Positions 1 to 9,271 of a stretch of 32,000 nucleotides of DNA are shown here, in pieces (the first letter of the stretch is position 1; each line of letters begins with the position of its first letter). Below the pieces are notes generated by a model. That model saw only the letters and a list, made by a program, of their open reading frames with translations. It did not search any database and was not told where the DNA came from. The stretch spans positions 840,001 through 872,000 of the forward strand of contig NC_017039.1 in the NCBI RefSeq assembly GCF_000284455.1, given 5' to 3'. The DNA comes from Synechocystis sp. PCC 6803 substr. PCC-P. GTDB taxonomy: Bacteria > Cyanobacteriota > Cyanobacteriia > Cyanobacteriales > Microcystaceae. Both the position numbers and the translations under genes were made by a program.

Positions 1-50
1 ACGTAACGGGCGATCGCCTTGACCTCGGCCGTCGTATCAAGTTTTGTCAT
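1..50 (-). CDS. rplV: 50S ribosomal protein L22, N-terminal fragment (runs off the window)
   Basis: Reverse complement of 1..50 reads ATGACAAAACTTGATACGACGGCCGAGGTCAAGGCGATCGCCCGTTACGT = MTKLDTTAEVKAIARY(V); position directly downstream of rpsS in S10-operon order. Confidence 0.85.
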   Translation of the reverse strand, partial: MTKLDTTAEVKAIARY

Positions 51-65
51 ACTGCTTACCTCTGG

Positions 66-344
66 TTACTTACGCGCTTTTTTATCGCTTTTAGAATGAC
101 TGCGGAAGGTGCGAGTCGGCGCAAATTCCCCCAACTTATGGCCCACCATTTGCTCGGAAACAAACACAGGCACATGCTGACGACCGTTGTGGACGGCAAT
201 GGTATGACCCACCATTTGGGGAAGAATTGTCGAAGCCCGGGACCAGGTTTTAACCACCTGCTTATCCCCCTTGTCATTGAGCTTGTCAATTTTGCGGAGC
301 AGGGAAGCAGCCACAAAAGGACCTTTTTTCAGTGAACGACCCAT
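66..344 (-). CDS. rpsS: 30S ribosomal protein S19
   Basis: 92 aa, [24 protein letters not shown]...[12 protein letters not shown]-type S19 sequence (here [28 protein letters not shown]). Confidence 0.97.
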   Translation of the reverse strand: MGRSLKKGPFVAASLLRKIDKLNDKGDKQVVKTWSRASTILPQMVGHTIAVHNGRQHVPVFVSEQMVGHKLGEFAPTRTFRSHSKSDKKARK

Positions 345-376
345 AGTTCAGTTCCAACGAATAAAAACAAAAATAG

Positions 377-1207
377 TTATTTGGTGCGACGGCGGACAAT
401 CAGAGCGCTACTGCGTTTCTTCTTGTTGCGGGTCTTGGCACCCAAAGCTGGTTTACCCCAGGGAGACACAGGCCCGGAACGACCGATGGGGGCCCGGCCT
501 TCACCACCACCATGGGGGTGATCACAGGGGTTCATCACACTACCCCGGACATGGGGACGACGACCTAAGTGACGCTTACGACCGGCTTTTCCTAGCTTAA
601 GGTTACGGAATTCGGCATTACTAACTCGACCCAGGGTAGCCACACACTCTTTACGAACCATACGCACTTCCTTGGACGGCAGTTTGATGGTCACGTAATC
701 TCCTTCCTTAGCCACCACCTGGGCAAAAGCTCCAGCAGAACGCACCATTTGGCCGCCCCGCCCTGCTACCAATTCCACGTTGTGTATTTCACTACCAAGG
801 GGAATGCGGCTCAGGGGTAAGGTGTTGCCAATTTCAAAGGGGGCTTCTTCCCCAGCAATAACGGTCATGCCTACCTGTAATCCAGCGGGAGCAAGAATAT
901 AACGCTTTTCCCCGTCGGTGTAGAACAGCAGGGCAATGCGGGCATTGCGGTTGGGATCGTATTCGATCGCCGCTACCCGGGCCGGAATATTTTGCTTGTT
1001 ACGTTTGAAGTCGATAATCCGGTAGAGCTTTTTATGGCCGCCCCCCCGGTGACGACTGGTGATCACCCCACGGTTGTTGCGACCTTTTTGGTCATGGCGG
1101 TTAGTGGTTAATGACTTCTCCGGCTTACTCTTGGTAATTTCAGTGAAATCGGAGACACTTGCCTGCCGAGTTCCTGGGGTCATTGGCCGATAATTACGAA
1201 TACCCAT
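377..1207 (-). CDS. rplB: 50S ribosomal protein L2
   Basis: 276 aa with the L2 C-terminal signature [22 protein letters not shown]. Confidence 0.98.
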
Positions 1208-1256
1208 GGGTTTAGATAACAGTTAATTCAGTATTCAGTGGTGGTCTAAACGTGAC

Positions 1257-1562
1257 TTACACGTCAGGGAAGAGTTGGATGCTGTCCCCTTCCTTGAGGG
1301 TGACAACGGCCCGCTTCACTTGAGCTTTGAAACCCATGAAACGACCAACCCGTTTCTTTCTGCGGGGCATACGGGCAGTATTTACCCCTGTTACTTTGAC
1401 GTCAAACAAAAGTTCGATCGCCGCTTTGATTTCCGGTTTGGTGGCTTCAGGGCGCACATCAAAGACGTATTTGTTGTCTTCGAGTTGTAGCGTGGCCTTT
1501 TCCGTCACAATCGGTTTAATAATTAAGTCCGCCAAACGACGCTGATCAATTACCTTACTCAC
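1257..1562 (-). CDS. rplW: 50S ribosomal protein L23
   Basis: Track ORF 1257..1619 is open further upstream, but the homologous sequence begins (V/M)[23 protein letters not shown] at a GTG (CAC at 1560..1562 on plus), giving 101 aa that overlap the rplD stop by 8 nt. Confidence 0.93.
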   Translation of the reverse strand: MSKVIDQRRLADLIIKPIVTEKATLQLEDNKYVFDVRPEATKPEIKAAIELLFDVKVTGVNTARMPRRKKRVGRFMGFKAQVKRAVVTLKEGDSIQLFPDV

Positions 1563-2187
1563 CGTAAACCTCCTGGATTTTCTCGAGGGCAGTGGCGGTG
1601 GCCACAATGGTGTCTGCAACGAGAACGTCGTAGATATTGAGGTTATCTGCCCGTAAAATTTTCAAATAGGGAATGTTGCGCCCAGAAAGAAAGACATTTT
1701 CTGGAATTTCATCAAGGATCAACAACACCCGTTTTTCTGGTTTGGCACCCCAGCGAGTCAAGGCCGTGGCCAACTCCTTGGTTTTAGGTTGGCTGAATTG
1801 ATCACCAAAGGCTTCCACCACCACCATGTTGTCGGCTCGGGAGGCGATCGCCGTTCTCAGGGCCAAACGACGTTCCTTGCGGTTCATTTTTTGGCTGTAA
1901 TCTCGAGGCTTAGGCCCAAAGATCACACCACCACCCCGCCAGAGGGGAGAACGAATCGAACCAGCCCGGGCCCGCCCCGTACCCTTTTGTTTCCAGGGTT
2001 TGCGACCCCCCCCCCGGACTTCAGCCCGGGTTTTAGCGGAGGCGTTGCCTTGGCGGGCATTATTTTGTTGCCGCACCAGGGCCCGGTGGACAATGTGGGC
2101 CGCATTTTCTTCCTTAGCAACCCTTAGGGTCAGAGAAGCATTGCCCACTTCTTCCCCCTGCCAGTTTTTTACAATACAATCAACCAT
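1555..2187 (-). CDS. rplD: 50S ribosomal protein L4
   Basis: 210 aa, with L4 features [35 protein letters not shown]. Confidence 0.97.
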   Translation of the reverse strand: MVDCIVKNWQGEEVGNASLTLRVAKEENAAHIVHRALVRQQNNARQGNASAKTRAEVRGGGRKPWKQKGTGRARAGSIRSPLWRGGGVIFGPKPRDYSQKMNRKERRLALRTAIASRADNMVVVEAFGDQFSQPKTKELATALTRWGAKPEKRVLLILDEIPENVFLSGRNIPYLKILRADNLNIYDVLVADTIVATATALEKIQEVYGE

Positions 2188-2226
2188 AATTTTGTTCCTT
2201 CAGCAGTGACGGATAAAAAAGGCAAC

Positions 2227-2868
2227 TTAGCCCCGACCAACGGTTTTCGCAGGGGTGATGTTCAACAAAGTGCCGGGTTTACCAGGTAAAGCCCCTTTGA
2301 TGATCAGCAAGTTCCGCTCCGCATCCACCCGCACCACTGTCAAGCGACGGACGGTAACCTGGGAAGCCCCATACTGTCCGGCCATTCTTTTACCGGGATA
2401 GACCCGACCGGGGGTAGTACCAGCTCCCGTAGAACCGGGCAGACGGTGGTTTTTGGAACCGTGGGTCATGTTACCCCGACGGAAATTATGGCGTTTTTGG
2501 TAGCCAGCAAAACCCCGACCCATACTTTGACCGGCTACATCGACTAGGTCTCCAGCTTGGAAAATGTCCGCTGTGACTGCATCCCCGGGTTGCAGGTTAG
2601 GAGCGTCCGTCAAACGGTACTCCTTCAAATGACGCATAGGATCAGTGTTCGACTTCTTCAAATGTCCCAACTCAGGCTTGGACAGCGCCTTTTCTTTAAC
2701 AGGCAAAAAACCGACTTGGATAGCGTTATAGCCGTCGGTGTCCTGGGTTTTCACCTGGGTTACGGGACAGGGACCCGCTTGCACCACCGTCACAGGGATG
2801 GAAATGCCGCTTTCTTGATCAAATATCTGGGTCATGCCCAGCTTTGTTCCTAAAATACCGATAGACAC
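2227..2868 (-). CDS. rplC: 50S ribosomal protein L3
   Basis: 213 aa, [18 protein letters not shown]... and [37 protein letters not shown]. Confidence 0.98.
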   Translation of the reverse strand: MSIGILGTKLGMTQIFDQESGISIPVTVVQAGPCPVTQVKTQDTDGYNAIQVGFLPVKEKALSKPELGHLKKSNTDPMRHLKEYRLTDAPNLQPGDAVTADIFQAGDLVDVAGQSMGRGFAGYQKRHNFRRGNMTHGSKNHRLPGSTGAGTTPGRVYPGKRMAGQYGASQVTVRRLTVVRVDAERNLLIIKGALPGKPGTLLNITPAKTVGRG

Positions 2869-3013
2869 GGTAACCCTCTACCTAAATAAAAGTGTAAATA
2901 AACAAGCAGAAAGGCTCCCCGGACATAAAGCGACGACCAGCGGCAATAACCTTTGGTCAACAGCTTCATAGCCAGTGAATAACTAATTCAGTTACGTCGA
3001 TGGAGCGTTTCAA

Positions 3014-3056
3014 TCAAGCTTTGCTTGAGAGACCACCTTCGGCCCTAGCGGTAGGG
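3014..3056 (-). other. Two adjacent small perfect inverted repeats in the upstream region or leader of rplC
   Basis: TCAAGC-ttt-GCTTGA at 3014..3028 and CCCTA-gcgg-TAGGG at 3043..3056, inside the 491-bp gap between rplC and the divergent Dps gene. Confidence 0.4.
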
Positions 3057-3359
3057 AGAGTTAGTCCTACATAGGCACAAAAGGGGGATGACCGCAATTC
3101 CTGATCAGACTTAAAAGCCTAAGCATTCAGTATCCGCAGGGGGTCGTAAAAAATAGCAGTGGAACGTTTTGATATTATTTCTATCTAATATCCAGTTTTG
3201 ACCGCGATTAATCATCATAGCCCTAAAGGGAATCCCCGTCAAATTAATTTTCTTCCTAGGCCATGCCCCAACCTTACAAGAACAAGCATTCTTTCGTTGA
3301 CGCGCAAATTTCGTTAAAATGGTACTGTGTTAAATTTTGTTAAACGGAGATAATCCAGT

Positions 3360-3830
3360 ATGGCTACGATTAATATCGGCATTCCTGAAGCGGACCGCAT
3401 CAAAATTGCAGAGTCCTTGAAAAAACTGTTAGCCGATACCTACACCCTTTATCTACAAACCCACAACTTCCACTGGAACGTTACCGGCCCCCAATTCCGC
3501 GACCTCCATCTCATGTTTGAAGAACAGTACAATGAGTTGGCCCTGGCGGTGGATGACATTGCTGAGCGTATCCGCAGTTTGGATGTTTTTGCCCCCGGTA
3601 CCTATAAGGAGTTCGCTAAACTGAGTTCGGTGCAAGAAGTGGACGGCATTCCCACCAGCAAAGAAATGGTCGATATTTTGACCAAGGGGCACGAAACCAT
3701 TGTCCAGTCCTGTCGGGATGTGCTCAAATGCTCTCAGCCTGCCGATGATGAGTCCACCATCGCTTTGGCTTCGGACCGGATGCGGGTCCATGAAAAAACG
3801 GCTTGGATGTTGCGGGCCATGAATAAATAG
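3360..3830 (+). CDS. mrgA: Dps/MrgA-family ferritin-like DNA-binding stress protein
   Basis: 156 aa; Dps ferroxidase-type motif [37 protein letters not shown]. Confidence 0.93.
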
Positions 3831-3844
3831 GCTTTAGCTTTAGT

Positions 3845-3917
3845 CCTACCTACTCCTGGCTGGAGCTTTACTCAAATTTTGGCCTAGGCAATTCGCCTAG
3901 GTAGCGGGATAGGTAGG
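3845..3917. terminator. Nested inverted repeats at the convergent mrgA/ycf21 3' ends (possible shared terminator or RNA structure)
   Basis: Inner perfect stem CCTAGGC(3883..3889)-AATTC-GCCTAGG(3895..3901); outer CCTACCTA(3845..3852) pairs with TAGGTAGG(3910..3917). No clear U-tract, so the terminator call is tentative. Confidence 0.4.
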
Positions 3918-4476
3918 GGGAAAAAATTTCGTAAATTAGGGTTAGGGGTTTACGGTCATGCCAGAAAAGGTAATGACGGCCCCAAAAAGGCCCTTCTTGG
4001 CCAAAAGCCTTAGCTAGGGTCCGATTATGGCCGCAGTATATGGCTTGGATATCCCGATACAGCTCGGTGTGCAACCGGGAAAGGCTGTCCCAAATGGGTA
4101 AACTACGATTTTGCAAATACTCGTCCACATGGCTAGCATCCCACCAGGAAACCGCATAGGCCAGTCTTTGGCCAGACTTGGTCCTTAGCCATACCTGTCG
4201 CCGCAGGTGGGGGCCGGGCACCGTGTTAATTTGGGGGGGAGCGCCGTCGTCCCTGGGGCTCACTGGAGCCATGTCAATCACATCCACCTCTGTCTTTTCC
4301 CCGGTGAGTAGTTGCAGGTGCCTGGTGGGGGAACCATCCCCGAGGATGAGGATCTGCCATGGAGGGGGCAGGACGCTGTGGGGTAGACCATGCCTAACGT
4401 CGTGTTGATCCCCCTGCCAGAGTAGGTCCAGTGAATGCCAAGCAAGGGAAGGGGAAACGGCCGGAGAAAGCTTCAA
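3868..4476 (-). CDS. ycf21: Ycf21 / chorismate-lyase-like protein (DUF98 type), probable 4-hydroxybenzoate synthesis
   Basis: 202 aa; features such as ILILGDGSPTRHLQLLTG, RRQVWLRTKSGQRLAYAVSWW and NRSLPIWDSLSRLHTELYRDIQAIYCGHN match the Ycf21 family as remembered. Confidence 0.8.
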   Translation of the reverse strand: MKLSPAVSPSLAWHSLDLLWQGDQHDVRHGLPHSVLPPPWQILILGDGSPTRHLQLLTGEKTEVDVIDMAPVSPRDDGAPPQINTVPGPHLRRQVWLRTKSGQRLAYAVSWWDASHVDEYLQNRSLPIWDSLSRLHTELYRDIQAIYCGHNRTLAKAFGQEGPFWGRHYLFWHDRKPLTLIYEIFSPYLSRYLGELPRPKFE

Positions 4477-4482
4477 GGGGAA

Positions 4483-5649
4483 ATGCCTGTGCGTTACAAA
4501 ACTTTACATTTTCGTGACTTTTCTGATGATAACAAACTCAAGCTACGGCGGTGGGCTTTCTGGGCTATGGCGATCGCCGTTTTTGTTGGGATCATTAGCG
4601 GGTCATGGTTAACTTCCCCAGGGGGATCGGTGGGGCTTGGGCAGACACTTCCACCCCGGAAGGATTTACGCATAGCAGTGATCAGTGACCTTAACAGTGC
4701 CTATGGTTCCACCAGTTATGAGCCGGAGGTACACAAGGCGTTGGAGCTAATTCCCAGTATGAAACCGGATCTTGTCCTCTGTAGTGGAGACATGGTGGCG
4801 GGGCAGAGTCCTAAATTAACCAATGCCCAAATTCAAGCCATGTGGGAAGCCTTTGACCGGGGGGTGGCCCATCCTTTACGACGGGCTGGAATTCCCTTTG
4901 GTTTTACGATGGGGAACCACGATGCTTCCGGTGCTCTGGATCAAAATCGTCGTTTTCGGTTTCAAAATGAACGGGATTTGGCGGCCCGTTATTGGCGCAA
5001 CCCGGCCCATGATCCAGGCATAACTTTCCTGGATAAAAGTGATTTCCCCTTTTATTACACCTTCACTCAGAATGGTGTTTTTTTTCTGGTCTGGGACGGG
5101 TCAACTCATCTTATACCTGCGGAAAAATTGGCTTGGGTAGAAAAAGCTTTGGCCAGTGCTCCGGCTCGGCAAGCTAAGTTACGACTGGCGATCGGTCATT
5201 TGCCTCTCTATGGTGTGGCGGAAGGTCGCAATAAGCCGGGGGAGGTGATGGCCAACGCTGAGCAGTTAAGGGCCTTGTTGGAAAAGTATAATGTTCATAC
5301 CTATGTCAGCGGGCACCAACACGCTTACTATCCTGGTCGGCGAGGAAATTTGGAATTGCTCCACACGGGCCTATTGGGGGCGGGCCCCAGAGCTTTAATT
5401 GGTCAAGAACGGCGATCGCCAAAGACGTTAACCATTTTGGATTTCACGTTCGATCAACCGGGGCAGGTGCAATACACCACCTACGACATGAAGAATTTGG
5501 CTACTGTGAGACTGGAATCTTTACCCCGGTTTCTGTTGGGCCATAATGGTCGGGTAATCCGTCGCGACCTGAGGCAAGGGAATTTAACCCCAGCGGAACA
5601 GCAGGCCTGCATAAAAAATTTAGGTTCTGCCCTATGCAATACAAAGTGA
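4483..5649 (+). CDS. Membrane-anchored or exported calcineurin-like metallophosphoesterase
   Basis: RIAVISDLN..., LVLCSGDMVAG, FTMGNHD, AIGHLPLYG and YVSGHQHAYY motifs; N-terminal hydrophobic segment AFWAMAIAVFVGIISGSW. Start placed at ATG 4483 rather than 4435 because the longer form would overlap ycf21 antisense. Confidence 0.82.
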   Translation: MPVRYKTLHFRDFSDDNKLKLRRWAFWAMAIAVFVGIISGSWLTSPGGSVGLGQTLPPRKDLRIAVISDLNSAYGSTSYEPEVHKALELIPSMKPDLVLCSGDMVAGQSPKLTNAQIQAMWEAFDRGVAHPLRRAGIPFGFTMGNHDASGALDQNRRFRFQNERDLAARYWRNPAHDPGITFLDKSDFPFYYTFTQNGVFFLVWDGSTHLIPAEKLAWVEKALASAPARQAKLRLAIGHLPLYGVAEGRNKPGEVMANAEQLRALLEKYNVHTYVSGHQHAYYPGRRGNLELLHTGLLGAGPRALIGQERRSPKTLTILDFTFDQPGQVQYTTYDMKNLATVRLESLPRFLLGHNGRVIRRDLRQGNLTPAEQQACIKNLGSALCNTK

Positions 5650-5736
5650 GAAATGGAGCCCTAGGTATGGTGACCAATGGCTAGTTAAAACTACCATGGG
5701 GGTTTGTCCTCAGACTTGCCAATTTTGCGTCAGACC

Positions 5737-6129
5737 ATGGCTGAAGTTATCCCCAACAATCTTCCTCCCCTCACTAAAGACACTTTCTGGGCCATCATTA
5801 ACCAGGAAATCAGTGATGAGGTAGTCAACGCTCTACTTGCTTACTATCTTGGTTATCGATTTGATGGCGATCGCCAAAAATGGGAACTGGGAGAAGTGGA
5901 GTCAAGCTGGGCCCAGGAATATCCGGTCCCCCCCAATTTCATCGAAAACCGTCCCCCCACAGTGAAGTTGACCCGTTCTATTCCGCCGGAAAATAAACAA
6001 TTGCTCAAGGAACAGTTGGGCTTTACGGGCTACAAAATTGGTGAGTTTACTCCCCGCCACACCCGCCGCGCCACAGCGGTCAATTGGCTACTTAGTTACA
6101 TGGCCACACATAATCTGCTCTTGCACTGA
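5737..6129 (+). CDS. Small conserved-looking protein of unknown function
   Basis: Track ORF 5704..6129 (TTG start); first ATG at 5737 gives MAEVIPNNLPPLTKDTFWAIINQEISDEVVNALLAYYLGYRF...; no family recognised. Confidence 0.6.
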   Translation: MAEVIPNNLPPLTKDTFWAIINQEISDEVVNALLAYYLGYRFDGDRQKWELGEVESSWAQEYPVPPNFIENRPPTVKLTRSIPPENKQLLKEQLGFTGYKIGEFTPRHTRRATAVNWLLSYMATHNLLLH

Positions 6130-6220
6130 CAAATGCATCGACAAAGAAATGGGCCAGGGAAACTCACTCAACTCCCCAGCCCCAGATTCTCCCTGATCAA
6201 ACCATTGAAAACCAGGATAT

Positions 6221-6583
6221 CTACCAGCCCTTTTCCGCTTGATCAAGCACGTAGGCCGCCACATCTTCCATGTCGCTGTCACTGATGCGACCCTTAAAGC
6301 CAGGCATAGCGCCATTACCATTGGTGATCTGGGCCACAATTGCCGCCACGGAATTTTTACCATTGGCTTCCAAGTCTGCCATTTTTAAGGTTTTGCTGGG
6401 GTTGATGGCATTAAGGCCCCCATTATGACAAGCGGCACAGTTACCGGCAAAGATAGCTTTACCATGGGCTAGGTCAGCGGCTAGGGCGGTGTTACCCAGG
6501 GAAAAAATCCCCCCCAGGAAAATTAGACAGGGGAGGGCAATGCCAAAAAAAATTCGGCTAGCTTGGTTGAATAATTTAAACAT
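6221..6583 (-). CDS. petJ: Cytochrome c6 (cytochrome c553), lumenal soluble electron carrier
   Basis: Signal peptide MFKLFNQASRIFFGIALPCLIFLGGIFSLGNTALA, haem motif CAACH, MPGFKGRISDSDMEDVAAYVLDQAEKGW. Start set at the ATG preceded by GGAGAACTA rather than at 6613. Confidence 0.96.
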   Translation of the reverse strand: MFKLFNQASRIFFGIALPCLIFLGGIFSLGNTALAADLAHGKAIFAGNCAACHNGGLNAINPSKTLKMADLEANGKNSVAAIVAQITNGNGAMPGFKGRISDSDMEDVAAYVLDQAEKGW

Positions 6584-6605
6584 TAGTTCTCCTTTCAAGG
6601 ATAAA

Positions 6606-6616
6606 GTCTTCAAGAC
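6606..6616. promoter_or_regulatory. Palindrome GTCTTCAAGAC near the expected petJ transcription start
   Basis: Perfect 5-1-5 inverted repeat GTCTT-C-AAGAC, between the -10 and the ATG. Confidence 0.4.
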
Positions 6617-6624
6617 GCGAAGGT

Positions 6625-6653
6625 ATTATGGGAGGCGGTCCAGGCAAAGTCAA
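6625..6653 (-). promoter_or_regulatory. Putative sigma-70-type promoter of petJ
   Basis: On the minus strand: -35 TTGACT (6653..6648), 17-nt spacer, -10 CATAAT (6630..6625), about 42 bp before the petJ ATG. Confidence 0.55.
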
Positions 6654-6655
6654 AA

Positions 6656-6666
6656 GACAATCTGTC
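6656..6666. promoter_or_regulatory. Palindrome GACAATCTGTC just upstream of the petJ -35
   Basis: Perfect GACA-N3-TGTC inverted repeat (GAC-N5-GTC), 2 bp beyond the -35 hexamer. Confidence 0.5.
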
Positions 6667-6763
6667 AAAGTTGCGGTCAAGCTAAAATTGGCTAGGTTTG
6701 TGAAGTGGCCATGGCAATGCAATTCCTGAACCACTGTTTTTTATTCTTTCCCCAGCTTTTACG

Positions 6764-8065
6764 ATGGTTTCATGGTGCCGATGGCGATCGCCAAGACGTT
6801 GGTTTTTGTTTGCGTGTCTTGGGCTGTTGCTCAGTGGATTAATCAGTTGCCAGAGCAATTCCCCCCAGAGCATGGAGGGGAAAGTCAGCTTTTGGACTAT
6901 GCAATTGCAGCCAAAATTTAATAAGTATTTTGACGACTTGATTAGTACTTTTGAGCGGAACAATCCGCCGGAGCAGGTGAGTTGGGTAGATATTCCTTGG
7001 AATGCCATGGAGAGTAAAATCCTCAGTGCCGTCTCGGCCAACACAGCCCCCGATGTGGTCAACCTAAACCCCACCTTTTCCTCTTTATTGGCTAGTAAAA
7101 ATGCCTGGCTGAATTTGGAAGAGGAGGTGAGCGCAGAAGTTAAGGCTCGCTATCTGCCCAGTATTTGGCAAGCTAACAGCTTAGGCAACGGTGAAGTATT
7201 CGGTTTTCCCTGGTATCTCACCACCCGCATTACCATCTATAACCAGGATTTATTGCAACAGGCTGGATTATCTACCCCGCCAGCAACCTTTGCCGAATTG
7301 GCGGTGGCGGCTAGGGAAATTAAGGCGAAAACCGGTAAATATGGCTTTTTTGTCACGTTTTCCCCTTCTGATTCCGCCGAAGCCCTAGAAAGCCTGGTAC
7401 AAATGGGGGTACAGTTGGTGGACAGTGATGGCCGGGCCACTTTTAACAGTCCCGCCGGCAAAGTGGCTTTTCAGTATTGGGTTGATTTGTATCAACAAGG
7501 ATTACTGCCACCGGAAGTGCTCACTGAAGGCCATCGTCGAGCGGGGGACCTTTATCAGTCCGGGGCGATCGCCTTTTTATCGGCAGGGCCAGAGCTATTG
7601 GCTAGTTTGGAGAAAAATGCCCCCAGCATTGCTAAAGTTTCCGCCGCCGCGCCCCAAATTGTGGGGGAAACCGGCAAAAGAAATGTGGCTGTAATGAATC
7701 TAGTCATTCCTCGGAGTACCAAAAACCCCACTGGAGCAATTAAATTTGCTGAATTTGTGACCAATACGGACAACCAATTTGCCTTCATCAAAGAAGCCAA
7801 CGTTTTGCCCTCCACCATTGGCGCTGTTGACAAATATCGACAGGAGTTGGCACAAATCAGCAACGCCAGTTCCTTGGAAAATGCTCGTCGGGTAGCATTG
7901 GAACAATTGCCCACCGCAGAGGTGTTAATTCCTCCCATGGCCAACCTTAACCAACTCAAGCGTATCATCTACGAAAATCTTGGAGCGGCGATGGTGGGCA
8001 ACAAAACAGTAGACCAGGCCCTACAGGATGCGGAACAAGTCTGGAATGACAATTTGAAAGGCTAG
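6764..8065 (+). CDS. Extracellular solute-binding lipoprotein (family 1, sugar-type ABC transporter)
   Basis: 433 aa; lipoprotein signal LFACLGLLLSGLISC followed by SBP features VSFWTMQLQPKFNKYFDDLISTFE, VDIPWNAMESKILSAVSANTAPDVVNLNP. Confidence 0.85.
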   Translation: MVSWCRWRSPRRWFLFACLGLLLSGLISCQSNSPQSMEGKVSFWTMQLQPKFNKYFDDLISTFERNNPPEQVSWVDIPWNAMESKILSAVSANTAPDVVNLNPTFSSLLASKNAWLNLEEEVSAEVKARYLPSIWQANSLGNGEVFGFPWYLTTRITIYNQDLLQQAGLSTPPATFAELAVAAREIKAKTGKYGFFVTFSPSDSAEALESLVQMGVQLVDSDGRATFNSPAGKVAFQYWVDLYQQGLLPPEVLTEGHRRAGDLYQSGAIAFLSAGPELLASLEKNAPSIAKVSAAAPQIVGETGKRNVAVMNLVIPRSTKNPTGAIKFAEFVTNTDNQFAFIKEANVLPSTIGAVDKYRQELAQISNASSLENARRVALEQLPTAEVLIPPMANLNQLKRIIYENLGAAMVGNKTVDQALQDAEQVWNDNLKG

Positions 8066-8328
8066 ACAAAGGCGGTCACAGTCAAGTCTTCCACATAGCC
8101 CAGCCGTTGTCTTTATCTACTTTATCTAACCCTTCCGCCCGTAGAGATGGGCAGAAATAAGCACAACTTGCAGCGGACCCATTGCCAGGGGCATTACTGA
8201 GAATCTTGCCACAATCAAGGCAACTGTTAGCCCTGAACAGTTTTGACGTTGCCTTTAGCATTTAAACTGACAGGCAGTTTTGCTCCCCGGAGCTAAAACC
8301 CATCTCGACCATTCACCTAGCGATCGCC

Positions 8329-9222
8329 ATGAGCAGTACCCAAGATTATATCGGCGAGGAAGCCGCCACCAGAGTCAAAATCCTCAGTGAAGCTTTGCCC
8401 TACATCCAACACTTTGCTGGCCGCACCGTGGTGGTCAAATATGGAGGGGCTGCCATGAAAGACAGCAACCTCAAAGACAAGGTAATCCGGGACATTGTCT
8501 TTATGGCCTCCGTTGGCATTCGCCCGGTGGTAGTCCATGGCGGAGGGCCAGAAATTAACACCTGGCTAGATAAGGTGGGCATCGAACCCCAATTTAAAGA
8601 TGGGTTACGGGTCACCGATGCGGCCACCATGGATATTGTGGAAATGGTACTGGTGGGTAGAGTCAACAAAGAATTGGTCAATTTAATTAACCAAGCCGGA
8701 GGAAAAGCCGTGGGACTTTGTGGCAAAGACGGCCAACTGATGACCGCCCGCACCATGACTAATAAAGATGTTGGTTTTGTGGGGGAGGTGAGCTCCGTTG
8801 ATGCCCGGGTGGTGGAAACCTTGGTGAAAAGCGGTTATATTCCCGTCATTTCCAGTGTGGCGGCGGATGAATTTGGCCAAGCTCACAATATCAATGCCGA
8901 CACCTGTGCTGGGGAGTTGGCCGCAGCCCTAGGGGCAGAAAAACTAATTCTCCTCACTGACACCAGGGGCATTTTGCGGGATTATAAAGACCCCTCCACC
9001 CTAATTCACAAGTTAGATATTCAACAGGCGCGGGAATTGATTGGCTCCGGCATAGTGGCGGGGGGCATGATTCCCAAGGTTACCTGTTGTGTGCGTTCCC
9101 TAGCCCAGGGAGTAAGGGCGGCCCATATTCTGGATGGCCGTTTGCCCCATGCTCTGTTGTTGGAGGTATTCACCGATCTGGGCATTGGTTCGATGATTGT
9201 GGCTTCGGGCTATGATCTCTGA
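8329..9222 (+). CDS. argB: Acetylglutamate kinase
   Basis: 297 aa; [66 protein letters not shown]. Confidence 0.97.
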   Translation: MSSTQDYIGEEAATRVKILSEALPYIQHFAGRTVVVKYGGAAMKDSNLKDKVIRDIVFMASVGIRPVVVHGGGPEINTWLDKVGIEPQFKDGLRVTDAATMDIVEMVLVGRVNKELVNLINQAGGKAVGLCGKDGQLMTARTMTNKDVGFVGEVSSVDARVVETLVKSGYIPVISSVAADEFGQAHNINADTCAGELAAALGAEKLILLTDTRGILRDYKDPSTLIHKLDIQQARELIGSGIVAGGMIPKVTCCVRSLAQGVRAAHILDGRLPHALLLEVFTDLGIGSMIVASGYDL

Positions 9223-9271
9223 GGTGGCCAAGATTTTTTCACCCCCTTGAACAATGGATTAAGCAATCATT

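Noticed and set aside
271-600. 109-aa plus-strand ORF antisense to rpsS/rplB
   Set aside because: His-rich translation from the reverse complement of the conserved L2 C-terminus; not a credible gene.
1789-2127. 112-aa plus-strand ORF antisense to rplD
   Set aside because: Shadow of the L4 gene; proline- and glycine-rich translation without protein-like features.
3560-3600. Possible tRNA or structured RNA in mrgA and nearby intergenic DNA
   Set aside because: No cloverleaf or T-loop (GGTTCRANNCC) consensus found by eye in this region.
4178-4408. 76-aa plus-strand ORF antisense to ycf21
   Set aside because: Embedded in a recognisable gene on the opposite strand.
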